Below are positions 29,952 through 38,790 of a stretch of DNA of 64,000 nucleotides, in pieces; position 1 is the stretch's first letter; every line of letters begins with the position of its first letter. The notes beneath the pieces were generated by a model. That model was not told the origin of the DNA and did not search any database. It worked only from the letters and a program-made list of their open reading frames with translations. Source of the stretch: Candidatus Woesearchaeota archaeon (GTDB lineage Archaea; Nanobdellota; Nanobdellia; Woesearchaeales; GW2011-AR4); the NCBI GenBank assembly GCA_018303185.1, contig JAGVYR010000066.1, positions 29,553 through 93,552 of the forward strand, in the 5' to 3' direction. The translations under genes and the position numbers were made by a program.

Positions 29952-31022
29952 TTATATCAGAGCCTTCATGTACTCTTTTTTCCCCCTGTCTGAAGTGTAA
30001 GTGTCAAAATAGCCAAGGACAAGCTGATAGTATTCCTCTTTGCCTTTTACTTTCTCAAGAAGGCCGCACGCTTCAACTTTCTCCCCTTCTTTGGCCTGCA
30101 GCGCAAAAGGCCTTGCCCACGTAACAATTCTTTTTACCGGAACTTCCTTGTGCCCTTCCAGTATTTTTGTGTTTTCAAGCTCATAGAAGCCCGGCCTTAC
30201 TATAGAATAGCGTGCATCCTTTACAGTGCCACTTATTTTCACAGTGCCGAGCGGCTCATGCTCCTCTTCCCAATTGTACCATCCCTTGCCTTCTTCAATG
30301 CAGAAAAGCGAGAATACATTTCCGTCTATGAAGCCGTCATCCCTCTTTCTTGCCATGTTCTTTGCATATTCCTGCTCGCTGTAAACTTCTGACACTATCC
30401 TGTCCCTGAAGTACCTTGCCCAGTCCTGCTCTGATTTCCACTTCAGCGCGGGATGGGAGCGCGTTTCGAGGTGCTTCACTGCCTTCCAGCCGTTTTCTAT
30501 TCCGAAAATGAGTATGTCCATGTCCGATTTCCCCGGCGTGTAATTTCCAAGCAGCGTTGAGTGGCTTATTCCCAGATTTTCATTGCTTATGCCTGCATCA
30601 TTCAGTATGCCTGTCATTTCCCTTACAGCTTTAAGGTACGGGTCCAAATCTTCAACAGGGACTTTAAGCAGCTCCTGAAAGCCTTTTTTTGTATCATAGA
30701 ATTTCTCCACCTTGCCTTCAGGCACCCCTAAAAACCAGTTCCTGTGTTTTTTGCATTCGTATATGTAGTATGGGAATTTTTTCCTTATTGCTGCAAGATT
30801 TTTCTCGACAGATTCCTTTTTGTTGAAAAGATTAAAGCGGAACATGCACTTTCCGAAAAGAAACCTCTTTTTGAGGCCTACGAGGTCCAGAGTGCCGCAT
30901 GGTATGTACTTCGGCTTCGCTATAATGAACCCCTTAGGATGCGAAGAGCTGTACACCTTGAACTGTATGCCGTCAGCTGAGTCTATCAATGCCGCCTCAT
31001 AGTATTTTCCCACATCTTCCAC
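29952..31022 (-). CDS. Pol-beta-fold nucleotidyltransferase, paralog 2 of 28862..29950
   Basis: STLLGNYTPGKSDMDILIFG. It is colinear with paralog 1 throughout (VYSSSHPKGFIIAKPKYIP vs VYGNEHPPGRILVKPKYIP). Confidence 0.45.
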   Translation of the reverse strand: MEDVGKYYEAALIDSADGIQFKVYSSSHPKGFIIAKPKYIPCGTLDLVGLKKRFLFGKCMFRFNLFNKKESVEKNLAAIRKKFPYYIYECKKHRNWFLGVPEGKVEKFYDTKKGFQELLKVPVEDLDPYLKAVREMTGILNDAGISNENLGISHSTLLGNYTPGKSDMDILIFGIENGWKAVKHLETRSHPALKWKSEQDWARYFRDRIVSEVYSEQEYAKNMARKRDDGFIDGNVFSLFCIEEGKGWYNWEEEHEPLGTVKISGTVKDARYSIVRPGFYELENTKILEGHKEVPVKRIVTWARPFALQAKEGEKVEACGLLEKVKGKEEYYQLVLGYFDTYTSDRGKKEYMKALI

Positions 31023-31143
31023 CCAAAATGCCCTTATTAAGCAATAAAAAGGTTTTTAAAAACGTATAAAAACATTGTGTTTTATAGGGCTTAATCGAAG
31101 GAGAGTAACAACAGCCAGAAAGGGGGGGTTTTCACAATAAAAC

Positions 31144-31198
31144 CGCGAGGCGAGCGTTATGCATGAGAGCGAGCCTCGCGACAACCATTGCGGAGCGG
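31144..31198. repeat. GC-rich 55-nt hairpin repeat, copy A (copy B at 58476..58530)
   Basis: cgcgaggcgagcgttatgcatgagagcgagcctcgcgacaaccattgcggagcgg. About 90% identical to copy B, with an 8-bp stem cgcgaggc/gcctcgcg. Confidence 0.6.
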
Positions 31199-31296
31199 AT
31201 TGACAATAAAAATAACGAAAAACCAATAAGAAAAACAATAAAACAAATCAACACAAAAATATCCTAAAATAATAAATAAACAAAAGCAAAAATCTT

Positions 31297-31836
31297 ATGG
31301 AAAACAGACAAAGCTGGACTCTTTGGTTCATTGGGCTGCACGGCTCCGGAAAGACAACAATATCCTCAAGGATAGCTGATATCCTAAGGAAAAAAGGCAT
31401 GGAAATTGTGCTGCTTGACGGCGATGAAGTCAGGAAAAGCATATCCTCGGATTTGGGATACAGCTTAGAGGACAGGAATATCCACATGCAGCGTGTTGCT
31501 GACCTATGCAGCCGCCTCAATAATGAAGGAAAGATGGTGATTGCCGCAGTTGCCTCCCCAACAGAAAAGTCAAGGGACTATGCAAAAAAGGCGATAAAAA
31601 ACTTCTTCACAGTGTATGTAAAATGCCCGCTGGAAATCTGCGAGAAGAGGGATGTAAAGGGCCACTATAAGAAAGCCCGCCTTGGAGAGAAGGGATTCGA
31701 GCATTTTCTCGGCATAGGCATCAGGTTTGAGGAGCCGAAGAATCCTGACATAGTGCTTGAGACTTCAAAATATGCAGTGGAAGAATGCGTTGGTGTGCTT
31801 CTTGGGAAGATGAAGGAGAGAAATATTCTTCGGTAA
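31297..31836 (+). CDS. cysC: Adenylylsulfate (APS) kinase
   Basis: LWFIGLHGSGKTTISSRIADILRKKGMEIVLLDGDEVRKSISSDLGYSLEDRNIHMQRVADL...CEKRDVKGHYKKARLGE. Confidence 0.85.
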   Translation: MENRQSWTLWFIGLHGSGKTTISSRIADILRKKGMEIVLLDGDEVRKSISSDLGYSLEDRNIHMQRVADLCSRLNNEGKMVIAAVASPTEKSRDYAKKAIKNFFTVYVKCPLEICEKRDVKGHYKKARLGEKGFEHFLGIGIRFEEPKNPDIVLETSKYAVEECVGVLLGKMKERNILR

Positions 31837-32440
31837 ACCATTGGAAAACCAGTTGGCAATAAAATAACTATTCAGGGCATAGGGCTAAAGTTACATACCG
31901 TGGATAGTGAAGATTTCTTCCTGTTTACAGATGATGAGAGAGTTATGAAGAAGCCGCCTTATATGACGTATTACGGGGCTGAACACGATATAACAGTCTA
32001 CAATAATCCAAAAATATACGTTCAACAAAAAATAATAGAAATAAATGGGACCGTTATAAATTGTAAACGAGAAGATGATGGAAAATATTGCATAAATGCT
32101 GAATCAATTAAAATTTTAAACGAATTTGCAAATGCTTAGATACAATAGTTTTTTACAATTAATTGTCAAAAGCATTAATCACTATTTTTGGCTTAGATTT
32201 CCAGTATACAAACGCTTGATGGTGAGGTTTATTTTCAAAAGCTTTTGTTGTTTTATTTACATTAAAATAATCACATACGTGAATCGATAAACCAAGTCCT
32301 TTTGTAAATTGTCTCAAATCAATCAAAAATTTACATGATAAAGGAGTTTAATAAATTTAGGTCTTTAGCTTAAGAAACCACAATCTTTATATATAAGATA
32401 GTCTTACTAATAAGATATTCTTATCAAGGAGGCGAACAAA

Positions 32441-32698
32441 ATGGAAAAATTGGAAATAACAAGTATGAGTTCAAGAGGGCAGGTAGTTATTCCTTTAGAC
32501 ATTAGAGAACAGCTTGGATTAAAGGAAGGTGAGAAATTTGTTGTTGTTGGAGAAGATGATACAGTTATCTTGAAAAAAGTAACCATGCCTTCCTTCAAAA
32601 ACTTTGATAAATTAATTCAAAGAACACAGCAGTTTGCAAAAGAAAAAGGAATAACTCCAGTCGATGTTAAGAGTGCCATAAAGAGAGCTAGAAAATGA
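32441..32698 (+). CDS. AbrB/SpoVT-family antitoxin
   Basis: SSRGQVVIPLDIREQLGLKEGEKFVVV (swapped-hairpin barrel motif). Confidence 0.7.
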   Translation: MEKLEITSMSSRGQVVIPLDIREQLGLKEGEKFVVVGEDDTVILKKVTMPSFKNFDKLIQRTQQFAKEKGITPVDVKSAIKRARK

Positions 32699-33096
32699 AA
32701 GTAGTTCTTGACACAAATATATTTATTTCTGGAATCTTTTGGAAAGGTAGTTCCAACAAAGTTATAACTAATTGGAGAGAAGAAAAATTTACACTGGTTA
32801 CTTCTTTAGAAGCAATTTCAGAAATAATAAAAGTCCTCAAAGATTTTAAAATCAAGCTTTCAGATGAAATGATTAAAGAATGGGTTGATTTGATTGTAAG
32901 AAATTCTATGATTGTAGATCCAAAAGAAAAAATTGAGGCAGTTAAAGATGATCCAAAAGACAATATTTTCATTGAAACTGCTGTAGTTGGAAATGCGGAC
33001 TATATTATTTCGCAGGATAATCATTTGTTAAAATTAAAGGATTTCGGAGGAATTAAAATAATCACACCTGAAGAATTCGACAAAATATGTAACTGA
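32695..33096 (+). CDS. PIN-domain (VapC-like) toxin
   Basis: MKVVLDTNIFISGIF..., with a 4-nt ATGA overlap with the antitoxin gene. Confidence 0.7.
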   Translation: MKVVLDTNIFISGIFWKGSSNKVITNWREEKFTLVTSLEAISEIIKVLKDFKIKLSDEMIKEWVDLIVRNSMIVDPKEKIEAVKDDPKDNIFIETAVVGNADYIISQDNHLLKLKDFGGIKIITPEEFDKICN

Positions 33097-33369
33097 GTTT
33101 CCTCCACCCAACTACTACGACGAACCTTTTTCTCGCCTCTATACTGATTCTCGATGTACCGCTTTGCTCATTTGATAGAACGCCCTCCTTCTCAACTCCG
33201 CTGACGCGATTTTCGGAGCCTTGCAACAGAAAACAAAATTAACCGGAATTCCGTATGTTATTGGCTAAAAAAGTTAAGGCTTTGAATCTGCTGAACTGAG
33301 TGAAGCCCGTCTTGCGGCAAAGCCTAAAACCCATATAAATTTAAAAACCATGCTCTATTCTTAGGCAAA

Positions 33370-34209
33370 ATGGTGGAATCAGTAAAAGAATTGAGGAAAA
33401 TCTGCTATAAAGACTCCGGAAAGAAAAGGCCGCTCTACATGGAGCTGGTTACCATGAAATTCTCCATATACGTGACCAAGCTGTCCCTTTACACTCCTAT
33501 TGGCGCTGACCAGGTTTCCATGCTGATGATACTGCTTACGTTTATAGGGGCGGGCATGATTGCTTTCGGTAATCTCTGGTGGATGCTTGCCGGCATTTTA
33601 ATCGCGCATTTCACGATAGTGCTTGACAATGTAAACGGAGAGGTCGCAAGATACAGGAAGGAAGGCAGCCTCATAGGAACGTATCTTGAGGAAGTCTACC
33701 ACTCTGTCGCGGAGCCTCTTGTATTCTTCGCTTTCGGTTACGGAATATTCAGGAACACAGGATGGGAATCTGCAATACTGTTCGGATTCATCTGCTCCCT
33801 GTTCGTCCCGCCAATAATAATATCCTCAATAAAAAATGCTGTCGTAAAAAAGGGGATAGACCGATTAGAGAGCAGGGAAGGCATGCTGCCTAAAAAATAC
33901 ACTTTGCTCAATGAAAAGATAAACCTGAAGGGCGGAAGCACAAGAGCAGGATCAAAATTCTATGCCCTTTACGGCAAAATCAACGAGCTGTGGGGCTTTC
34001 CTTTCAATTTTGTGCACATAAACATAATCATAGCGCTGGAGATAATAAACCTCAGCTACAGCGTCATCCCTGAATTTTACCTTTCTTTTGGCTATATAGC
34101 AGCTTACGGAACTGCCAATTTCATCATACAAATCGCTTCCTTCATAGTGCATTACAAGGGAAGGACAATTTTCCACTACTACAACGCCCTGTTCGGCAAC
34201 AAGAAGTAA
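33370..34209 (+). CDS. Membrane protein with degenerate CDP-alcohol phosphatidyltransferase-like motif
   Basis: DNVNGEVARYRKEGSLIGTYLEE resembles D-x2-DG-x2-AR...G...D...D, but the last acidic residues are replaced. Confidence 0.35.
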   Translation: MVESVKELRKICYKDSGKKRPLYMELVTMKFSIYVTKLSLYTPIGADQVSMLMILLTFIGAGMIAFGNLWWMLAGILIAHFTIVLDNVNGEVARYRKEGSLIGTYLEEVYHSVAEPLVFFAFGYGIFRNTGWESAILFGFICSLFVPPIIISSIKNAVVKKGIDRLESREGMLPKKYTLLNEKINLKGGSTRAGSKFYALYGKINELWGFPFNFVHINIIIALEIINLSYSVIPEFYLSFGYIAAYGTANFIIQIASFIVHYKGRTIFHYYNALFGNKK

Positions 34210-34211
34210 AA

Positions 34212-35630
34212 ATGAAGACTGCCAGAAGGATAACAGCGAATTTTCTCAGCCTGCTTTCAGCGGAAATGCTCTCCAGAGTAGTGCAGCTTGCCATCTTCAT
34301 TTTTCTTGCCCGCTACCTTGGAAAGGAGGCTTTTGGCATTATAAACTTCTCAATGGCTTTTGCCATGATAATTCTTATAGTGGCCGATTTCGGCTTCAGC
34401 ACTTTCCTCATAAAGGAGATTGCCACAAAAAAGAACAAGGCTGCACAGATTGTCTCCAACTCGCTCATATTGAAATTCCTTCTGGGCGCGGCATCATTCC
34501 TGATTGCTTACATCTCTTTAGAGGTGCTTGGATACGGCAGCGACGTAAAAGTTATATCCTATGTGATGGTGCTCTTCGCGATAGTGCAGTCTTTCACATT
34601 CGTATATTACTCTGTTTTCAGGGCATTCGAAAAGATGTATTACGACGCTATCGTCAAGGTGATAAGGATATCATTGCTTGCCGCAATGGTATATGCGGGT
34701 TTTGCCATGAATTACGGGCTTCTCTGGATTGCGTCTTCATTCCTCATAACAGAAATTGCAGTGCTCTTTGTTTCTGCTGCTATAGCCTACTCAAAATTCA
34801 TCCCGCTTTCTTTCAGGGCCAGCCTGCCGTTCTCCATGAGGCTTCTTTCAGAATCCTCATTGTTCTGCTTCTCAATGGCGTTTGCCGGGATTTTCATGTA
34901 TATAGACATTGTAATCATTTCAAAGATAAGGGGAAATGCCGAAGTCGGCATCTACAGCGCGGCTTACAACATACTCCTTGCCCTCATATTTATCCCCATG
35001 ATGTATGCAAATGCCATATTTCCGGTAATATCGCGCCTGCACATTTCATCCAAAAACAGCCTTTCCTTTGCCTACCAGAAGTCATACAAGTACATGCTAA
35101 TTGCGGGGCTTCCTGTCTCTGCAGGAGTGTTTGTGCTTTCAAGGAACATCATAAATTTCCTTTACGGCCAGGAATACGGTGCTGCAGTGCTTGCATTAAA
35201 AATACTTTCCGGCTACATGTTCCTCAGGTTCATCAATATAATTTCAGGATTTACCCTCTCATCCATGGACAGGCAGAAATCCCGGGTCGTGAGCCAGGGC
35301 GCTACCGCAGTAATGAACATTGCCCTTGACCTTATCCTTGTGCCGATATTCGGATTCATAGGAGCTGCAATCGCAACTTTGATTACGGAAGTTTTTTTCT
35401 TCTTTCTTTACAGCTACTTCATAATAAAGTATGGCATAAAAAACAGGTTCTTCAGCGTGGCTGTAAAGCCGATAATTGCAGTGGCCGCCATGTCTGTCAT
35501 TGTAAGCTGGATAAGCGACCTGTTTTACGGCTTTATAGCGGGGGCGCTTGTCTACGGCTCCATGCTTCTAATCCTTGGGGCATTTGACAGGGAAGACATC
35601 ACTCTATTGAAGAGGGTGCTTAAGAATTAG
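34212..35630 (+). CDS. Wzx-like polysaccharide flippase (MOP superfamily)
   Basis: About 12-14 TM helices with a typical Wzx N-terminus. Confidence 0.6.
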   Translation: MKTARRITANFLSLLSAEMLSRVVQLAIFIFLARYLGKEAFGIINFSMAFAMIILIVADFGFSTFLIKEIATKKNKAAQIVSNSLILKFLLGAASFLIAYISLEVLGYGSDVKVISYVMVLFAIVQSFTFVYYSVFRAFEKMYYDAIVKVIRISLLAAMVYAGFAMNYGLLWIASSFLITEIAVLFVSAAIAYSKFIPLSFRASLPFSMRLLSESSLFCFSMAFAGIFMYIDIVIISKIRGNAEVGIYSAAYNILLALIFIPMMYANAIFPVISRLHISSKNSLSFAYQKSYKYMLIAGLPVSAGVFVLSRNIINFLYGQEYGAAVLALKILSGYMFLRFINIISGFTLSSMDRQKSRVVSQGATAVMNIALDLILVPIFGFIGAAIATLITEVFFFFLYSYFIIKYGIKNRFFSVAVKPIIAVAAMSVIVSWISDLFYGFIAGALVYGSMLLILGAFDREDITLLKRVLKN

Positions 35631-35767
35631 AGGTTATTTAATATTCCCAGCAAATGAGTTGAGGGGGACGCCCCCTGCGGGGCTTCAACGGTACTTTTAA
35701 GACAATGGCAATAGCCGAGCCTGATGCCAACCGAGCAAAGCGAGTCTTGTGGCAAAGCCTGAATTTT

Positions 35768-36715
35768 TCATTTATCCCCTTTAAAAAACTCAATCGTCTT
35801 CCTGAGCCCGTCTTCAAGGCTTACTTTCGGCTCCCATCCAAGCTCCTTCCTTGCTTTTGTTATGCCCGGCCTCCTTACATGGGGATCGTCTGTAGGAAGG
35901 GGCCTGAATGTGATTTTGCTTTTGCTTCCTGTAAGCTTTATTATAATGTCGGCAAACTGCAGCATATCATACTCATCGGGATTACCTAAATTAACTGGGT
36001 CGTTTATATCTGACATCATGAGCCTGTAAATGCCGTCTATTAAATCGGAAACGTAGCAGAAGCTTCTTGTTTGCTTCCCGTCTCCGAAAACAGTTATTGG
36101 CTTTCCCTCAAGAGCCTGCGAAATAAAGGCAGGCACAACGCGGCCGTCATTTTTCCTCATCCTTGGGCCGTAAGTGTTGAATATCCTGACAATCTTTGTA
36201 TCAAGCTTATGTATCCTGTGGTATGCCATCACAAGCGCTTCCGCAAACCTCTTTGCCTCGTCATAACAGCCCCTTGGGCCAACAGGATTTACATTGCCCC
36301 AGTAGCTCTCAGGCTGCGGGTTTACTTCAGGGTCGCCATAGACTTCGGAAGTTGATGCGAGAAAGTATTTCGCCTTTTTTGCCAGGGCAAGCCCGAGAGT
36401 GTTGTGCGTTCCCAAGCTGCCTGCCTTAAGCGTCTGTATAGGTATCTTCTGGTAGTCTATCGGGGATGCAGGCGAGGCAAAATGAAGCACGTAATCGATT
36501 TTTTCCTCGATTTTTATGAATTTTGAAATATCCTGATTGATGAATGAAAAATTTCCATTTTTATTGAGATGTTCAATGTTCTTTTTGCTGCCAGTTATAA
36601 GGTTGTCCATGCATATTACTCTGAAGCCCTTCCCAAGAAGGAATTCGCACAGGTGGCTTCCCAGAAATCCTGCCCCTCCAGTTACAAGCGCTGCCTTCAT
36701 TTTCTGCTGCTCCAT
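35768..36715 (-). CDS. UDP-glucuronate decarboxylase (UDP-xylose synthase)
   Basis: [42 protein letters not shown], strongly UXS-like. Confidence 0.8.
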   Translation of the reverse strand: MEQQKMKAALVTGGAGFLGSHLCEFLLGKGFRVICMDNLITGSKKNIEHLNKNGNFSFINQDISKFIKIEEKIDYVLHFASPASPIDYQKIPIQTLKAGSLGTHNTLGLALAKKAKYFLASTSEVYGDPEVNPQPESYWGNVNPVGPRGCYDEAKRFAEALVMAYHRIHKLDTKIVRIFNTYGPRMRKNDGRVVPAFISQALEGKPITVFGDGKQTRSFCYVSDLIDGIYRLMMSDINDPVNLGNPDEYDMLQFADIIIKLTGSKSKITFRPLPTDDPHVRRPGITKARKELGWEPKVSLEDGLRKTIEFFKGDK

Positions 36716-37440
36716 ACTATATCGGCCTGCTTCAGCTGCTCCCTGCTTCCGATGTCAAACCATGTTTCCCTGAATACATGCCCAAATACTGTGCTGTTCT
36801 TTATCAGGTACTTTATGAAATCTCCAAGGTTGTCGGGCTTGCTGTTTTCCTTTATGCATTTCTCCATCAGGGCCATATCCTTCCTTGAGAAGATGTAGCA
36901 TGCAGTGCTCACCAGAGTCGTTTTAGGGCTTTCAGGCTTCTCTTCAAGCGCCTTTATGCTTCCATCTTTGCCTGTCTCCACAACTCCGTACTTTTTTGCG
37001 GCAAGGCTTCCGTCAAGAATGTCGTACAATGCTATTGAAGATGTTTTTTTCTCAAGGAAAAGCTGCTCAAGCGCCGCAAGGCTGAAATCAAAAAGATTGT
37101 CACCTGCAATGACCATTATGTCATCGCTGATTTTTTCGCTTTGCATCACAAAATGCATGTCTCCTATTGCGCCAAGCCTCTTCTCCTCTGTTTTTGTGCG
37201 GTCGTTCACTATCTTTATTGGCTTTTGCGATGAGAATGAAAGCTTCCATTTCCTGAAAGAATCGTAGAACTTGTCATTTGTGACCACAAATATTTCATCA
37301 ACACTGTCAACCTTCTCAACCTTTGCGATTATGTGCTCTATTATCGGCCTGCCGGCTATTGGAAGGAGGGGCTTTGGCTGGTCAAGAGTTATCGGATAGA
37401 GCCTTGTCGCATATCCTGCGCAGAGTATTATGCATTTCAT
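36697..37440 (-). CDS. Sugar-phosphate nucleotidyltransferase
   Basis: [38 protein letters not shown]. Confidence 0.75.
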   Translation of the reverse strand: MKCIILCAGYATRLYPITLDQPKPLLPIAGRPIIEHIIAKVEKVDSVDEIFVVTNDKFYDSFRKWKLSFSSQKPIKIVNDRTKTEEKRLGAIGDMHFVMQSEKISDDIMVIAGDNLFDFSLAALEQLFLEKKTSSIALYDILDGSLAAKKYGVVETGKDGSIKALEEKPESPKTTLVSTACYIFSRKDMALMEKCIKENSKPDNLGDFIKYLIKNSTVFGHVFRETWFDIGSREQLKQADIVWSSRK

Positions 37441-37442
37441 CT

Positions 37443-38738
37443 TTATCTTCCCATGCTGATATATCTTATTCCTGATTTTTCCATTTCACTTGGGCCGTAT
37501 ATGTTCCTTCCGTCTATGACAAGCGGAGTTTTCATCAATTTTCCGATTTTCGCAAAGTCAATCTCCATGAATTCGCTCCATTCTGTAAGTATAAGGAGCG
37601 CTTCTGCATCATTTGCAGCTTCATAGGCATCTTTGCAGTATTCTATATTCCTGAACAAAGCTTTTGCCTTTTCCATGGCTTCGGGATCGTATGCTTTTAT
37701 CTTCGCCCCTTCCTTCTGCAGCTCCGATATTATGTAAATCGAAGGCGCTTCCCTCATGTCGTCGGTATTCGGCTTGAAGGCCAGCCCAAGGACGGCAATC
37801 TTTTTGTCCTTCAGGTTCCATACGGCATCCTTGACTTTCTTCACAAAAGCGGCTTTCTGCCGCTTATTGACTTCCTGCACTTCTCTTAGCAGCTTAAAAT
37901 CGTACCCGTTCTTCTCAGCTATCTTTACAAATGCATCCACATCCTTTGGAAAGCATGAGCCTCCGTAGCCTATGCCCGCATTCAGGAATGCCCTTCCTAT
38001 CCTTTTGTCAAAGCCCATCCCCTCTGCAACCTGCTCCACATTTCCACCGGTCTTCTCGCATATATTCGCAACGGCATTTATGAAAGATATCTTTGCCGCG
38101 AGGAATGAGTTGGAAGCGTGCTTTATTATCTCGGCGCTGTTTATGTCTGTAAAGAGTATGGGGGCCTTTAAGGGTGCGTAAAGCTTCCTGAATATCTCCC
38201 TTGCCCTTTCACTTTCAGCCCCGACAACTATCCTGTCGGGCTCCATGAAATCCTTTATCGCTGTCCCTTCCCTGAGGAATTCTGGATTTGAAGCAACATC
38301 AAACTCAATGCCTTTTCTGCAGAACCTCCTTATGGTTTCTTCGACTTTCCTGCCTGTCTGCACAGGAACAGTACTTTTCTCAACGACAAGCTTGTACCTG
38401 TCAATGTGCTCTGCAACCATCCTTGCCGTGTTCTCGACATAGGACAGCTCCGCATCCCCGTCAGCTTTTGGCGGAGTTCCGACACATACAAATATTACAT
38501 CTGCAAAGGTTATTGCTTTTTTTAAGTCGACAGTGAAAGAAAGCCTTCCGTCCTTTATGTTTCTCTGAACAAGCTCCTTAAGGCCCGGCTCGTAAATTGG
38601 CATCTCTCCCCTGTTGAGAGTCGCTATCTTGCTCTCGTCTATGTCAGCGCACACCACACTGTTGCCCAATTCCGAGAGGCATGTGCCGCTCGTAAGGCCG
38701 ACATATCCTGTCCCGATTATTGCTATCCTCATAGGCAT
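37443..38738 (-). CDS. UDP-glucose/GDP-mannose 6-dehydrogenase family
   Basis: IAIIGTGYVGLTSGTCLSELGNSVVCADIDESKI. Confidence 0.85.
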   Translation of the reverse strand: MPMRIAIIGTGYVGLTSGTCLSELGNSVVCADIDESKIATLNRGEMPIYEPGLKELVQRNIKDGRLSFTVDLKKAITFADVIFVCVGTPPKADGDAELSYVENTARMVAEHIDRYKLVVEKSTVPVQTGRKVEETIRRFCRKGIEFDVASNPEFLREGTAIKDFMEPDRIVVGAESERAREIFRKLYAPLKAPILFTDINSAEIIKHASNSFLAAKISFINAVANICEKTGGNVEQVAEGMGFDKRIGRAFLNAGIGYGGSCFPKDVDAFVKIAEKNGYDFKLLREVQEVNKRQKAAFVKKVKDAVWNLKDKKIAVLGLAFKPNTDDMREAPSIYIISELQKEGAKIKAYDPEAMEKAKALFRNIEYCKDAYEAANDAEALLILTEWSEFMEIDFAKIGKLMKTPLVIDGRNIYGPSEMEKSGIRYISMGR

Positions 38739-38790
38739 TGCTTATGGAAAGTTATTTAAATATCTTACCTTTATCCTACCTTATGCTACC

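Noticed and set aside
31900-32139. 79-aa ORF in the AT-rich stretch 31.84-32.44 kb
   Set aside because: It uses a non-ATG start and has no motifs. It lies in a region that looks like decayed or intergenic island-boundary sequence, so it is not reported as a gene.
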